Position numbers and translations under genes: made by a program
Assembly (NCBI GenBank): GCA_030705825.1
Contig: JAUZPR010000004.1
Location: 222-64,221, forward strand
DNA length: 64,000 bases
Reading direction: 5' to 3'
DNA from: Bacillota bacterium
Lineage (GTDB): Bacteria; Bacillota; Clostridia; Acetivibrionales; JANLFN01
Notes under the pieces: generated by a model
What the model was told of the DNA's origin: nothing
What the model saw: the letters and a program-made list of their open reading frames with translations, nothing else
Database searches by the model: none
Part shown: positions 17,554-27,148 of the stretch, piece by piece
Numbering within the stretch: position 1 is the first letter of the stretch
Layout: every line of letters begins with the position of its first letter

Positions 17554-18384
17554 TTGGAGGACAAGCTGTTGAAATTCGACCTGCACTTGCATTCCAGACA
17601 TTCTCCTGATTCTAAAAGTAAAGTAAAGGATATTATAGATAAAGCCCTGAGGACAGAACTTCAGGGCGTTTCAATTACTGACCACAACTGCTTTGACGGA
17701 AGTGAAGAAGCTTTAAGCATAAATACATCCGATCTGATTATTGTTCCCGGAGCAGAATATTCTACTGATCAGGGACACATTCTTGTTTATTTTCTGAAGT
17801 ATGGGATTGAAAAGCTAAACCTGGATACCGATTCAATGGGCCGTTACAGGTGGCAGGATATTATTCAGGAAGCACACCGGCAGGATGCACTGGCTTTTCT
17901 TGCACATCCTTACAGATATAAAAAGAATTACGAAAGTGACATATGGCAAGAGGTTGACGGTATAGAAATTTATAATTCCAGAGCGGCCTTGTGCAGGAAC
18001 ATGAATGCCAACCTCAGGGCTTTTGAACAGGCCTCGGAAATGAATAAGGCTTTTTCCGCAGGAAGCGACGGACATTGGCTGGGGGAAATAGGGAACGCCT
18101 TTTGGGAATATGAAAACATAAAAGAAAATAAGACAGATATTAACGAAGAAATAAAACAGGCATTAAGGAGCGGTAAGGGCAAAGTTTTCGGTTCAGCAAC
18201 AAACAGGTTTTATGAACCGTCCAGCCAGATATTTAAAAGATTACACGCCAGAAAATATTTAAATTTACCCAAACCACTTATTAAAATGGCATATGCATGT
18301 GTTATGGAAACCGGCAGATATCTCGGAATAGGTGAAAAACCTATGGAGGGCTGGCTGGACATTGATTCTAATGAAAAGGAGTGA
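17554..18384 (+). CDS. PHP-domain metal-dependent phosphoesterase.
   Basis: FDLHLHSRHSPDS and SITDHN are PHP motifs, plus a later AHPYR and GSDGH. The start is uncertain: an in-frame TTG at 17569 has better spacing to GGAGG (17557-17561). Confidence 0.75.
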   Translation: MEDKLLKFDLHLHSRHSPDSKSKVKDIIDKALRTELQGVSITDHNCFDGSEEALSINTSDLIIVPGAEYSTDQGHILVYFLKYGIEKLNLDTDSMGRYRWQDIIQEAHRQDALAFLAHPYRYKKNYESDIWQEVDGIEIYNSRAALCRNMNANLRAFEQASEMNKAFSAGSDGHWLGEIGNAFWEYENIKENKTDINEEIKQALRSGKGKVFGSATNRFYEPSSQIFKRLHARKYLNLPKPLIKMAYACVMETGRYLGIGEKPMEGWLDIDSNEKE

Positions 18385-19811
18385 TTGATTTGTTCCTCTA
18401 TGATATGGCACGTAAAGTAAATCACTATAGAAAAATGCGCAGAAAAATACAGGCTGGAAAATATTTGAGCCCCGTAAGAAGGATAGAGAGAACAGCACCC
18501 TTAAGTAAAAAACGCTTGGTTGCAATGACCTTTGATGACGGTCCCAGCAGTGCGTTCCCAAATCCGCCGGTCAGAGGTGCGGAAGAACAGCTGGGGCTTA
18601 CTGAGGAGCTGTTATATATATTAAACAGCTATAAAGCCAAGGGAACATTTGATGTCATAGGTACTACCGAAAACAACTATCCCGACAATCAGGGGAAAGT
18701 CGGGGATTTTACATGGAGCGGAGTACGCTTTGACCATTATCCGGAATTTGGCAAGGACAAGCTGGCCGGTGTTAAAAACCAGCTTGAGCTTGCACAAAAG
18801 ATTATTGCAGAAGGTCACGAAATTGCCAACCATGGTTACAGGCATATGATTTTTGGCCCAATGAAAGTGGTTTACGGAAAAAGAACTCATTTCAATACAT
18901 TAAAAGAGGTAATAGAAGATCTTTCTGCACTCCATCAGCTTGTTAACGAACAATTGAACTATAAAATACGCTTATCAAGGCCTCCGCATTATATAGATAA
19001 AATTCCCGGCGGACATACTTCATATGATGCATATCATTATATGAACTATAATTATCTGGCGGCCAGCTTTGACGGCGGTGGATGGATACCCTCCTGCGGA
19101 GAATATGCTCAGGATGTGAAGGTAATGACAGATCCTATCAAACAAGCATTGGAAAAAAATCCTGATGCTTTGAACGGACAGATTATTTTTCAGAAGGACG
19201 GCTTCAACATGTCTCTTCAAACTCCTGTGACAACTGCCCTTGAAAGCGGACTTAAAATGTTGTCCGACGCAGGCTATGAAGTGGTTACTGCATCTGAACT
19301 GCTTGCACTATCACCATTTGAGGATATCGGGGATGTGGATCCTGTTTTTGAAGCAGTCAGAAAGCTTGCAGATTCAGGTTATGTCATTGGTTATAAAAAT
19401 AATACCTTCCAGCCCGACAGACCGGTTACACGCGGTGAATTGGCAATGATGACGGTAGCTCCGGAGATCCTGCTTAACGAATACAGGTCGCTGGTGGATA
19501 TGGCAACAGAAGGACGCGGTATACCGGCGCCTATGTTTAAGGATGTCCCTTTAAACCATCCTTACAGGATTGCAATTGAAAAGGCAGCAGCAGCGGGTTG
19601 GCTTACCAGGGTTAATGCCGAAAGAAAATTCAGGCCGGATGATTTTGTTACTCCGATAGAATTTGCAGAGTTCCTTGGCACCAGAGCTGCAGGCTCAAAT
19701 GTTGAGTGGAATCCGAATGAGTTCAAAGGTATAGGAGTTCCGCCAGAAAAGCCGGATATTTTAAGACGAAGGGATATAATAGGAGCATTGGCTCAAATCA
19801 ATTTAAAATAG
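18381..19811 (+). CDS. Polysaccharide deacetylase (NodB/CE4) with C-terminal SLH cell-wall anchoring repeats.
   Basis: NodB motifs MTFDDGPS, ANHGYRH and SRPPHY. The C-terminus has SLH-like repeats (FEDIGDVDPVFEAVRKLADSGYVIGYKNNTFQPDRPVTRGELAMM and FKDVPLNHPYRIAIEKAAAAGWL). The likely true start is TTG at 18390, 9 nt after AAGGAG. Overlaps the PHP gene end. Confidence 0.8.
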   Translation: MIDLFLYDMARKVNHYRKMRRKIQAGKYLSPVRRIERTAPLSKKRLVAMTFDDGPSSAFPNPPVRGAEEQLGLTEELLYILNSYKAKGTFDVIGTTENNYPDNQGKVGDFTWSGVRFDHYPEFGKDKLAGVKNQLELAQKIIAEGHEIANHGYRHMIFGPMKVVYGKRTHFNTLKEVIEDLSALHQLVNEQLNYKIRLSRPPHYIDKIPGGHTSYDAYHYMNYNYLAASFDGGGWIPSCGEYAQDVKVMTDPIKQALEKNPDALNGQIIFQKDGFNMSLQTPVTTALESGLKMLSDAGYEVVTASELLALSPFEDIGDVDPVFEAVRKLADSGYVIGYKNNTFQPDRPVTRGELAMMTVAPEILLNEYRSLVDMATEGRGIPAPMFKDVPLNHPYRIAIEKAAAAGWLTRVNAERKFRPDDFVTPIEFAEFLGTRAAGSNVEWNPNEFKGIGVPPEKPDILRRRDIIGALAQINLK

Positions 19812-19834
19812 TTTTTAATCGAATTTACCAATTA

Positions 19835-19866
19835 AGCGGACAAAGGATATCCTTTGCCCGCTTTTC
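19835..19866 (+). terminator. Intrinsic terminator.
   Basis: agcggacaaagg-atat-cctttgcccgct (one mismatch) followed by tttc. Confidence 0.6.
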
Positions 19867-20079
19867 ATATGGATTTAGTAATGTGAATCTGTTTGTGATT
19901 ATCTTATCTGCTTGTAAAGCTATATATTTCTAAATTAAAAATAATACTTTTAGTTAAATTAGCACAATATAAATTACGGAAAGTAAAGGTTATAATAATT
20001 CAGCCCATATTTAGAAAGAACAGCGTCAGTACTTTAAAGAGAAATATATGAATTCTGAAGTTCATATATTTACTTAAGG

Positions 20080-20385
20080 ATGGTGTCTGTAAAATTGTTG
20101 GTTATCGGCACATTTGAATATTCAATTGAATTGGAACAGGTATTGGAAGAATTGGAGCATAGTGGTGTTCCAAGAAAAAAACTGCTGATAGCAGCAGCAA
20201 TTGGATTTGCAGCAGGATTTGGATTATATCTTGTTTTTAATAAAACATCAAATCGTAATTTCCCCAAAAAGCTGCCTGAGGTTGTAGTAATTGTCCAGTG
20301 CCAGGATATTCAAATCAAACAAGTTACTGAGATTCTGTGGAAATATAAAGTCCTCACAGTTGGAGATGTTACAGAACCGGGATAA
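20080..20385 (+). CDS. Hypothetical small protein with one central hydrophobic helix.
   Basis: Open frame of 101 aa in an otherwise empty gap. RBS spacing is poor. No recognisable motif. Confidence 0.35.
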   Translation: MVSVKLLVIGTFEYSIELEQVLEELEHSGVPRKKLLIAAAIGFAAGFGLYLVFNKTSNRNFPKKLPEVVVIVQCQDIQIKQVTEILWKYKVLTVGDVTEPG

Positions 20386-20490
20386 ATTCTAAATTGCAAT
20401 TGGATTAGTATTCAAGTAATATTTATTTATAAAAAAGAAATATAAGGAAATAAAAATTATTATAAACCAATATTTATTTTGGAGGTTGGA

Positions 20491-21807
20491 ATGAAAAGGG
20501 AGCTTCGTTTAGCCATATTAGTGGCTGCAATTTTAATGACAGCATTTATATTAACAGTAGCCGTTACTGAAAAATCCAATATGAACAGCATTCGTGAGTA
20601 TTATAGCACACAGCAGTTGCAGAAAACTGCAGACAGTAATATTTCCCTGCCTGCACCTTCAAAGGATGCATATGAATTTGAAGCCAACAAGGTTACGGTA
20701 TGGATAATTTCAATATTGTGGGGTATGGCAGTACCTGCATTTTTCCTCTTTTCGGGATTGTCGGCAAGGTTAAGAAAATGGATTGATTCCAAAACCTCAA
20801 GCTTCATTATATCAGCAGCTCTGTTTTTTTTAATTTATTCAGTGTATAGTTTTCTGCTCAACCTGCCCCTTGACTTTTACAGCGGTTTTATCAGACTGCA
20901 TTCCTTTGGGCTTTCGAACCAGACATTTGCCAAGTGGGTCAGTGATTCCTTGATCAGTGCGGGTATTTCAACACTGATAGGAACAATAATAGTCTGGGTG
21001 CCTTACCTTGTAATAAGAAAATCTCCCAAACGCTGGTGGCTTTACATAGGGCTTTTATCAATTCCTGCAATGACTTTCATGATGTATATATCCCCTTTAT
21101 ATATAGACCCGCTCTTCAACAAATATATTCCCCTCAAAAACAAGACCCTGGAAACAGAAATATATCAGCTGCTTGATAAAACTACAATAGGAAACTGTCA
21201 AATTTATGGTATTGAAAAAAGTGTTGATACAAAACAGATGAATGCCTATATGACCGGCATGTTCGGCAGCAAGAGAATAGTTCTGTGGGATACTACCATG
21301 AACAACCTGGATGATAAAGAGGTATTGACAATAGTAGCCCATGAGATGGGCCATTATGCGCTGGGACATATATGGAAGGGCATTTTGCTTGGTGGATTGC
21401 TTACCATTATAGGTTTGTTTATTGTTAATAAGGTGTCACTCTGGATTATTGCAAAATCAGGAGGAACCTTCGGTTTTACAAAGCTTGGCGATATAGCATC
21501 ACTCCCTTTGCTTTTCCTTGTATTTAACCTTGTGATGTTTGCGGCAAATCCTATTATTAACGGCGTTTCAAGATATCAGGAACACCAGGCCGATACTTAT
21601 GCACTGGAACTGACAAAGGATAATTATTCTTTTTCTTCATCAATGATCAAACTTCATCAAACAAGTTTATCCCTGCCCAATCCGGGCCCTGTTTATGAAT
21701 TTTGGGTCTATGACCACCCTACACTAAAGGAAAGGGTAGATTTTGCGGCGTCCTATAAACCCTGGGAGAAAAACAAACCATTGGAGTTCAGGGAGTATAT
21801 CAAATAG
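20491..21807 (+). CDS. M48-family (Ste24/HtpX-like) membrane zinc metallopeptidase.
   Basis: ATG 20491 lies 5 nt after GGAGG. HEMGH zinc motif (VAHEMGHYALGH). Multiple TM helices. Downstream E (QEHQAD) typical of M48. Confidence 0.85.
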   Translation: MKRELRLAILVAAILMTAFILTVAVTEKSNMNSIREYYSTQQLQKTADSNISLPAPSKDAYEFEANKVTVWIISILWGMAVPAFFLFSGLSARLRKWIDSKTSSFIISAALFFLIYSVYSFLLNLPLDFYSGFIRLHSFGLSNQTFAKWVSDSLISAGISTLIGTIIVWVPYLVIRKSPKRWWLYIGLLSIPAMTFMMYISPLYIDPLFNKYIPLKNKTLETEIYQLLDKTTIGNCQIYGIEKSVDTKQMNAYMTGMFGSKRIVLWDTTMNNLDDKEVLTIVAHEMGHYALGHIWKGILLGGLLTIIGLFIVNKVSLWIIAKSGGTFGFTKLGDIASLPLLFLVFNLVMFAANPIINGVSRYQEHQADTYALELTKDNYSFSSSMIKLHQTSLSLPNPGPVYEFWVYDHPTLKERVDFAASYKPWEKNKPLEFREYIK

Positions 21808-21837
21808 AATTTCAAAAATCAGCAGACAGGCTGGTTA

Positions 21838-21905
21838 AAAAATGAAACAGGGGACGACAGACTTTTAATTGGAAGATAAAGTCTGACGTCCCTGTTTCAT
21901 TTATG
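21838..21905. terminator. Long bidirectional terminator hairpin between convergent genes.
   Basis: atgaaacaggggacg.cagact ... agtctgacgtccctgtttcat, with A-runs upstream and T-runs downstream. Confidence 0.75.
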
Positions 21906-21914
21906 CAATAACTG

Positions 21915-22283
21915 TTACTTTTGTTGAAAAAACTGAACATTAAGTCCATTAGGATCTTTTACAGTGAAGAATTTTGAACCGGGAGTTTCAATTGGTCCGC
22001 TATGCACAGGGATATTTTTACTTTTTATCTTATTTATCATAGTATCTACAGAATCTACGGCAAAACCAATAGATATGAATTCGCTGTGCTTGACTTGTGT
22101 GTTGTTGCTGTCCGCTAAAAGTTCGACCAAGGTTTCATCGCTAACACCGTTGCCCATAAAGGCTATTTCAATTCCAGGCCCTGCGGGAAAGCGTTTTGTC
22201 ATTTTAAGTTCCAACAATTCGGAATAAAAAGCGATTGATTCATCCAAATTTTTAACATAGATTGTTGTCCATAAAAACTTCAT
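21915..22283 (-). CDS. VOC/glyoxalase-family protein.
   Basis: ATG 22283 lies 7 nt after GGAGGA. MKFLWTTIYVKNLDESIAFYSELL is a typical glyoxalase-fold N-terminus. Confidence 0.75.
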   Translation of the reverse strand: MKFLWTTIYVKNLDESIAFYSELLELKMTKRFPAGPGIEIAFMGNGVSDETLVELLADSNNTQVKHSEFISIGFAVDSVDTMINKIKSKNIPVHSGPIETPGSKFFTVKDPNGLNVQFFQQK

Positions 22284-22396
22284 AATAAGTTCCTCCATCT
22301 CTAATTATAATTTTCTGGAAATATAATATAACAAGTTTTATAATATTAATAGGAGCGAAATTATACTGGTATAAATTATAACAGGCAGGATTGGTT

Positions 22397-23227
22397 ATGA
22401 ATAGTGAGATACAGCGATACAAAGAACTAGCCGACTTTTTAAAAACACGAAGGGCAAAAATCTTACCATCTCAGGTAGGACTCCCATCGGTAATGCGTCG
22501 ACGTACTTCTGGATTGAGAAGAGAGGAAGTAGCTCAGTTAGCCGGTATCGGTGTAACCTGGTATACCTGGCTTGAACAGGGACGATCCATTCATGTGTCG
22601 GCTCAGGTAATAGAAAGTCTGGCCAGGGTTTTACTGCTGGACAAGCAGGAACGGATTCATCTTTACCTTTTGGCAAACCAGCCCCTTCCGGCAGATATAC
22701 CGGGATATCAGGGAACAGTGAGTCCGGTACTTCAACATGTTCTGGATAGTTTGACACTCAGTCCGTCCCTGGTCACTGATCAGCGGTGGAATGTCATTGC
22801 CTGGAACCAAGCGGCGTGTGCTATTTTAGGTGATTTCAGCAAAATGAATATCCGTGAACGGAATATAGTTTGGGCTATGTTTACAGATAATAAATTCAAG
22901 CAGTTGTATGTAGATTGGAAGCTGCATGCCAAGGGACTACTCGGCAGATTTCGTTCGACATGCGGTCAATATATAGAAGATTCCTGGCTTGCTCAGTTTA
23001 TTGATGATCTTAAAATGCAAAGCGCGGAATTTAATTTATGGTGGCCTTTACACGAAATCCAGGGCAATAGCGAAGTTTACAAGCAATTATACCATCCTGT
23101 TGCAGGAATTCTGGATTTTGAAGTTAGTAATTTTGATGTTTCCGATAATTCCGGTTTAAAAATGATTGTACATACCCCATTACCTGGAACGGATACTACT
23201 GTGAAAATGAAATCATTATTGGATTAA
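22397..23227 (+). CDS. XRE-type HTH transcriptional regulator with an MmyB-like C-terminal ligand domain.
   Basis: LRREEVAQLAGIGVTWYTWLEQGR is the HTH signature of MmyB-like regulators. The gene is divergent from a VOC gene. Confidence 0.7.
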   Translation: MNSEIQRYKELADFLKTRRAKILPSQVGLPSVMRRRTSGLRREEVAQLAGIGVTWYTWLEQGRSIHVSAQVIESLARVLLLDKQERIHLYLLANQPLPADIPGYQGTVSPVLQHVLDSLTLSPSLVTDQRWNVIAWNQAACAILGDFSKMNIRERNIVWAMFTDNKFKQLYVDWKLHAKGLLGRFRSTCGQYIEDSWLAQFIDDLKMQSAEFNLWWPLHEIQGNSEVYKQLYHPVAGILDFEVSNFDVSDNSGLKMIVHTPLPGTDTTVKMKSLLD

Positions 23228-23413
23228 GGTATTACAGGCATTTAATAAAAAGCTCCACACCTATAACAATTAATAAAGTCAATATGAAAATGGAGAAAAA
23301 TAGTATGTAGCCCTTTCTGAACATCCTTATACCACCTGCAGCTTATATTTAGTGCCTATTTTATTATATGCACCCGATATAGGCCGGTTGACCGGTTAAA
23401 TAATATAATTGCA

Positions 23414-24445
23414 TCATAGAAAAACATATAACAGGAAGGCAACATAAAGAACGCCGCTGAACAATAACGCAAACGGGTTGACTGTTTTCCTAACCTTTAT
23501 CCAAACAAGATTAAAGGATGCTGAAGCAATGGCTAATATTGCTGAAGCAAGCGTAATACCCTTAAGGTTCCATGGTGTGAACAGCATTCCGAAAACAACC
23601 GGAAAACAGCTTTGAAATACCATCGCACCTGTTATATTTCCCAGCGCAAGAGTATCCTTCTTCCGCCCTGTCCATATGACCGAATTGAGCTTTTCAGGAA
23701 GCTCGGTGGCTATAGGTGTTATGATAATGGAAAGGACAAGCGGTGCCACACCCAGAATGGTTGACAAATCTTCCACATATTCAACGAACAAATGAGCGCC
23801 GTAAATAATTCCAGCCAGGGCAAGCAGTAATTGTACTACTATCCAGGTCATGCTGGTTTTAACCTTGAATATTCTGGATGCATATAAAGGATCAAGGTCT
23901 TCGCATTGGGCGCAATCATCTGAAAAGGAACGTTTGAGATATAGTATGTAGGATAGTAGAAGTACAACTGCTATTATATCCTTAAATACAACCGCGCTGT
24001 GAATAAAGGTTGTCAATACCGCTACCCCATATATTGCAAGAAAATAGCTCAAATCTCTTGTTATTACCTTCTGGTCGGCTGTCATTTTTAAAGTACGTTT
24101 TCCGAACATGGTATAAGTAATTACAGCCAATCCTGTTACAAAGAATGCAAGAGTGCCAAGCATGAACGGGGCTCCTGCTATTGCTCCGATACCAATTTCA
24201 TTTGCCTTTTCATCTGTATAATATAAAATTGCTATAATCGGTATGATAGTTTCGGGGAGCGCGGTTCCTACAGCGGCAAAAATACTCCCAACCACACCCT
24301 GGCCCATATTCAGCTTCTTTCCAAACCATTCAATCCCGTTTGTAAAAATAAAACAGGATAAGAGTATTAACGCAAGACTTGCTCCTACCATCAGAATGTC
24401 AGTAAACAAAAAATACACTCCCTTTTGAAATAATATTTTGTCCAT
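23414..24445 (-). CDS. CaCA-family cation antiporter (Na_Ca_ex, YrbG-like), placed under a Mn riboswitch.
   Basis: Alpha-repeat motifs GTALPET and ATELPEKL...GNITGAMVFQ. About 10 TM segments. The ORF-track start at 24511 lies inside the riboswitch terminator, so the first ATG after it (24445) is used, although its RBS is weak. Confidence 0.75.
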   Translation of the reverse strand: MDKILFQKGVYFLFTDILMVGASLALILLSCFIFTNGIEWFGKKLNMGQGVVGSIFAAVGTALPETIIPIIAILYYTDEKANEIGIGAIAGAPFMLGTLAFFVTGLAVITYTMFGKRTLKMTADQKVITRDLSYFLAIYGVAVLTTFIHSAVVFKDIIAVVLLLSYILYLKRSFSDDCAQCEDLDPLYASRIFKVKTSMTWIVVQLLLALAGIIYGAHLFVEYVEDLSTILGVAPLVLSIIITPIATELPEKLNSVIWTGRKKDTLALGNITGAMVFQSCFPVVFGMLFTPWNLKGITLASAILAIASASFNLVWIKVRKTVNPFALLFSGVLYVAFLLYVFL

Positions 24446-24491
24446 ATTCAGAATTATATATAATCTTAAACCCGCTATTTGAAATATGCTC

Positions 24492-24620
24492 AAAAAAAAG
24501 ACTTTTAACACAACCTTTAATAAAAAGATTATGTTAAAAGTCTCGTTACCATATTATAGGCCGTAAAGCCAGGTATTAAACCAGTATGTTGACTTTACGA
24601 TTAAACTACTCCCCTTTAAC
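24492..24620 (-). promoter_or_regulatory. yybP-ykoY-type Mn2+ riboswitch (aptamer about 24536-24619) with expression-platform terminator (24492-24544).
   Basis: The minus-strand RNA reads AAAGGGGAGUAG...GUAAAGUCAACAUAC...GGCUUUAC...AUGGUAACGAGACUUUU. This matches the conserved GGGGAGUAG, GUCAACAUAC and ..AAGAGAC.. blocks of the family. The 3' P1 strand GAGACUUUUAACA can alternatively pair with UGUUAAAAGUC, which is followed by UUUUUUUU. Confidence 0.75.
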
Positions 24621-24626
24621 AAGGTA

Positions 24627-24656
24627 ATTTTACTATAAAAGTATAATATATGTCAA
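24627..24656 (-). promoter_or_regulatory. Sigma-A-like promoter driving the riboswitch leader.
   Basis: On the minus strand: TTGACA (24656-24651), 18-nt spacer, TAAAAT (24632-24627). Confidence 0.55.
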
Positions 24657-24843
24657 TCATTCGGAATTTTCGGCAGAGCCATCAATCCTAATAAATATTA
24701 TTAGTTGGTTTAGTTTGTATATGTTATAGGTGTATGTTACAATTAAATCATTACATCCCTGTTCCGATTTAATTTTAACATCTAATTTCCATAGTAAAAA
24801 ATTAATAGTTAAAGACAGAAAGGCAGAAATAACAAAGGGGTAA

Positions 24844-26565
24844 ATGATGAAAAACAAAACAGGATATTATGTCAGAGAAGTAAAAAATCTTAAGGACCTA
24901 TTAAATCAGAGTCGGGAATTGTTTGGAGATAAAAATGCCTTCCTTGTAAAAAAGCCTGAAGGCGAATATGAAGGTATTACCTATAAACAATTTTATAATG
25001 ATATAAATTCCTTTGGAACTGCACTGCTGAATATGGGATTGAAAAATAAGTTTGTTGCGGTTATCGGCGAAAACCGGTATGAATGGTGCGTAACCTATCT
25101 TTCCACAGTAAACGGAGTAGGGACAATTGTACCACTGGATAGGGAATTGCCTGAAGCCGACATAGAGAACCTGTTAAACAGATGTGAAGCAGAGGCTGTT
25201 GTTTTCTCGGGAAAACACAGTGGGGTTATGAGAAATATATCCAATAAGGTTTCTTCTGTAAAATATTTCATTAATATGGATTTAGATCAGGACAGAGACG
25301 GATTCTTGTCTTTTAAGCAGATATTGAATGCAGGGAGCCGGTTAATGCTTGATGGAGACAGGGCTTATCAAGATATTGATATAGACAGTGATAAGATGAA
25401 TATCCTAATCTTCACATCAGGCACAACAGGTTTTGCAAAGGGGGTTATGTTAAGCCACCGGAATATTTGCTCCAATATAGTTTCTGTTTGCTCAACAGTA
25501 AAAGTAACAGATAAGGATTCTTCCTTGTCCATACTTCCGCTTCATCACACTTATGAATGTACCTTGGGATTTTTAGCAATGATATATAACGGCTGTACAA
25601 TAGCATTTTGTGAGGGCTTGAAGCATATCGGCAAAAATCTTAAGGAGGTAAGTCCTACATTTTTGATAGCAGTTCCTCTGATTCTTGAAAATATGTATAA
25701 AAAAATCTGGGAACAGGCTTCAAAGAAAAAAGGTATGGGAGCAAAACTAAAAGCTGCGCTTGTATTCAGTAATATTCTAAATAAATTTCTGAGAATAGAT
25801 ATAAGAAAAAGACTTTTTAAACAAATTCATGATAATCTGGGCGGAAAGGTCAGACTAATTATTACCGGAGCTGCAGCAATTGACCCTAAAGTTTCCAAAG
25901 GCTTAAGACATATGGGTATACTTGTAGTCCAGGGCTATGGGCTTACTGAATGCTCGCCTTTGGCCATCGGAAACAGGGATTATATCTACAAAGACAGTGC
26001 AGTAGGTTTGCCTCTGCCTGGTGTAAAGGTAAAGTTAAAAGACCCCGATGTGCATGGTATAGGTGAACTTGTGGTAAAAGGCGATAATGTCATGTTAGGG
26101 TATTTCAAAGATGAAGAAGCTACCCGGAAAAGTATCAAAGACGGATGGTTCCATACCGGAGATCTTGGATGTATGAACAAATCAGGGTTCTACTACATTA
26201 CAGGCAGATGTAAAAATGTTATAGTTACTAAAAACGGAAAAAACATTTATCCCGAGGAATTAGAGGCATGCATTAACAAAAATCCTTTGGTGCAGGAATC
26301 CCTTGTTTGGGGCTGTTATGAGGAACAGTCCGGAGAGACTCATGTAAATGCACAGATATTCCCGAACCTTGAAGCTATAAAGGAAAAGTTCAAAATTTCA
26401 AGTATTTCAAAAGATGAATTGCTTAAGATATTTTCTGATATTGTAAAGAATGTAAATAAGGATATGCCTCTTTATAAGCGTATAAAACATTTTAGTATCC
26501 GTGAAACCGAATTTATAAAAACTACAACAAAAAAAATTAAGAGGTTCGCCGAAGGCGTAAGTTAA
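24844..26565 (+). CDS. Long-chain-fatty-acid--CoA ligase / AMP-dependent synthetase.
   Basis: RBS AAAGGGG. AMP-binding motif IFTSGTTGFAKGVMLSHRN. QGYGLTE, GWFHTGDLG and GRCKNVIVTKNGKNIYPEE. Confidence 0.85.
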   Translation: MMKNKTGYYVREVKNLKDLLNQSRELFGDKNAFLVKKPEGEYEGITYKQFYNDINSFGTALLNMGLKNKFVAVIGENRYEWCVTYLSTVNGVGTIVPLDRELPEADIENLLNRCEAEAVVFSGKHSGVMRNISNKVSSVKYFINMDLDQDRDGFLSFKQILNAGSRLMLDGDRAYQDIDIDSDKMNILIFTSGTTGFAKGVMLSHRNICSNIVSVCSTVKVTDKDSSLSILPLHHTYECTLGFLAMIYNGCTIAFCEGLKHIGKNLKEVSPTFLIAVPLILENMYKKIWEQASKKKGMGAKLKAALVFSNILNKFLRIDIRKRLFKQIHDNLGGKVRLIITGAAAIDPKVSKGLRHMGILVVQGYGLTECSPLAIGNRDYIYKDSAVGLPLPGVKVKLKDPDVHGIGELVVKGDNVMLGYFKDEEATRKSIKDGWFHTGDLGCMNKSGFYYITGRCKNVIVTKNGKNIYPEELEACINKNPLVQESLVWGCYEEQSGETHVNAQIFPNLEAIKEKFKISSISKDELLKIFSDIVKNVNKDMPLYKRIKHFSIRETEFIKTTTKKIKRFAEGVS

Positions 26566-26685
26566 AAAATCAGTACTAAAATGAAGTAAATCAAATTTGA
26601 TATATTTACGTTTGGCTTTTAAAATGTAAATATTAGTGGTAAAATATGAGAATAGAAATAATTGTGTAAGGAAAGGTCGTAGTTT

Positions 26686-26997
26686 ATGTTTTTCGCAGCA
26701 GGCACTTTAGCAGTTTGCTTTTTTATATGGTTGACCAGATCCCTATCCTGTACGATTAGAAAATATGTAGTAGGGTATTTAAATGTTGACCTTAAATTTG
26801 CTATTGAAAAATCTGCTGCTTTGTACAGTTTTTTAACCTATGTTTTAAAAGCTGCCGCTTGTACTGTTCTGCTAAGTTCAGTTATGCACATTTCCAGGCA
26901 TGCTGTAATTTCTTTGGACATAGTTTTTCTTTTTGCTTCATTAATTCTGATTTTATTCCATACTATAAAAGACTCAAGATATCCTTCCTTCAGGTAA
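26686..26997 (+). CDS. Hypothetical small membrane protein.
   Basis: 103-aa ORF with three hydrophobic segments and a plausible AAGGAAAGG RBS. No motif recognised. Confidence 0.4.
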   Translation: MFFAAGTLAVCFFIWLTRSLSCTIRKYVVGYLNVDLKFAIEKSAALYSFLTYVLKAAACTVLLSSVMHISRHAVISLDIVFLFASLILILFHTIKDSRYPSFR

Positions 26998-27148
26998 TTC
27001 CATAAAACAATCTTAAGATTTCCTCAAAAAGACATCAGGAGATATATGTATTATTAAGCGAATGGCTTAACATGTTGCGGTTCATATGTGTAACATTTTA
27101 GGATTGCTCATGCTTTTTTTACATTTCCAAAAATGAAGGAGGTTTGTT

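Noticed and set aside
24657-24857. 66-aa minus-strand ORF upstream of the riboswitch promoter.
   Set aside because: It has no RBS, overlaps the start of the well-supported acyl-CoA ligase gene, and lies in AT-rich promoter DNA.
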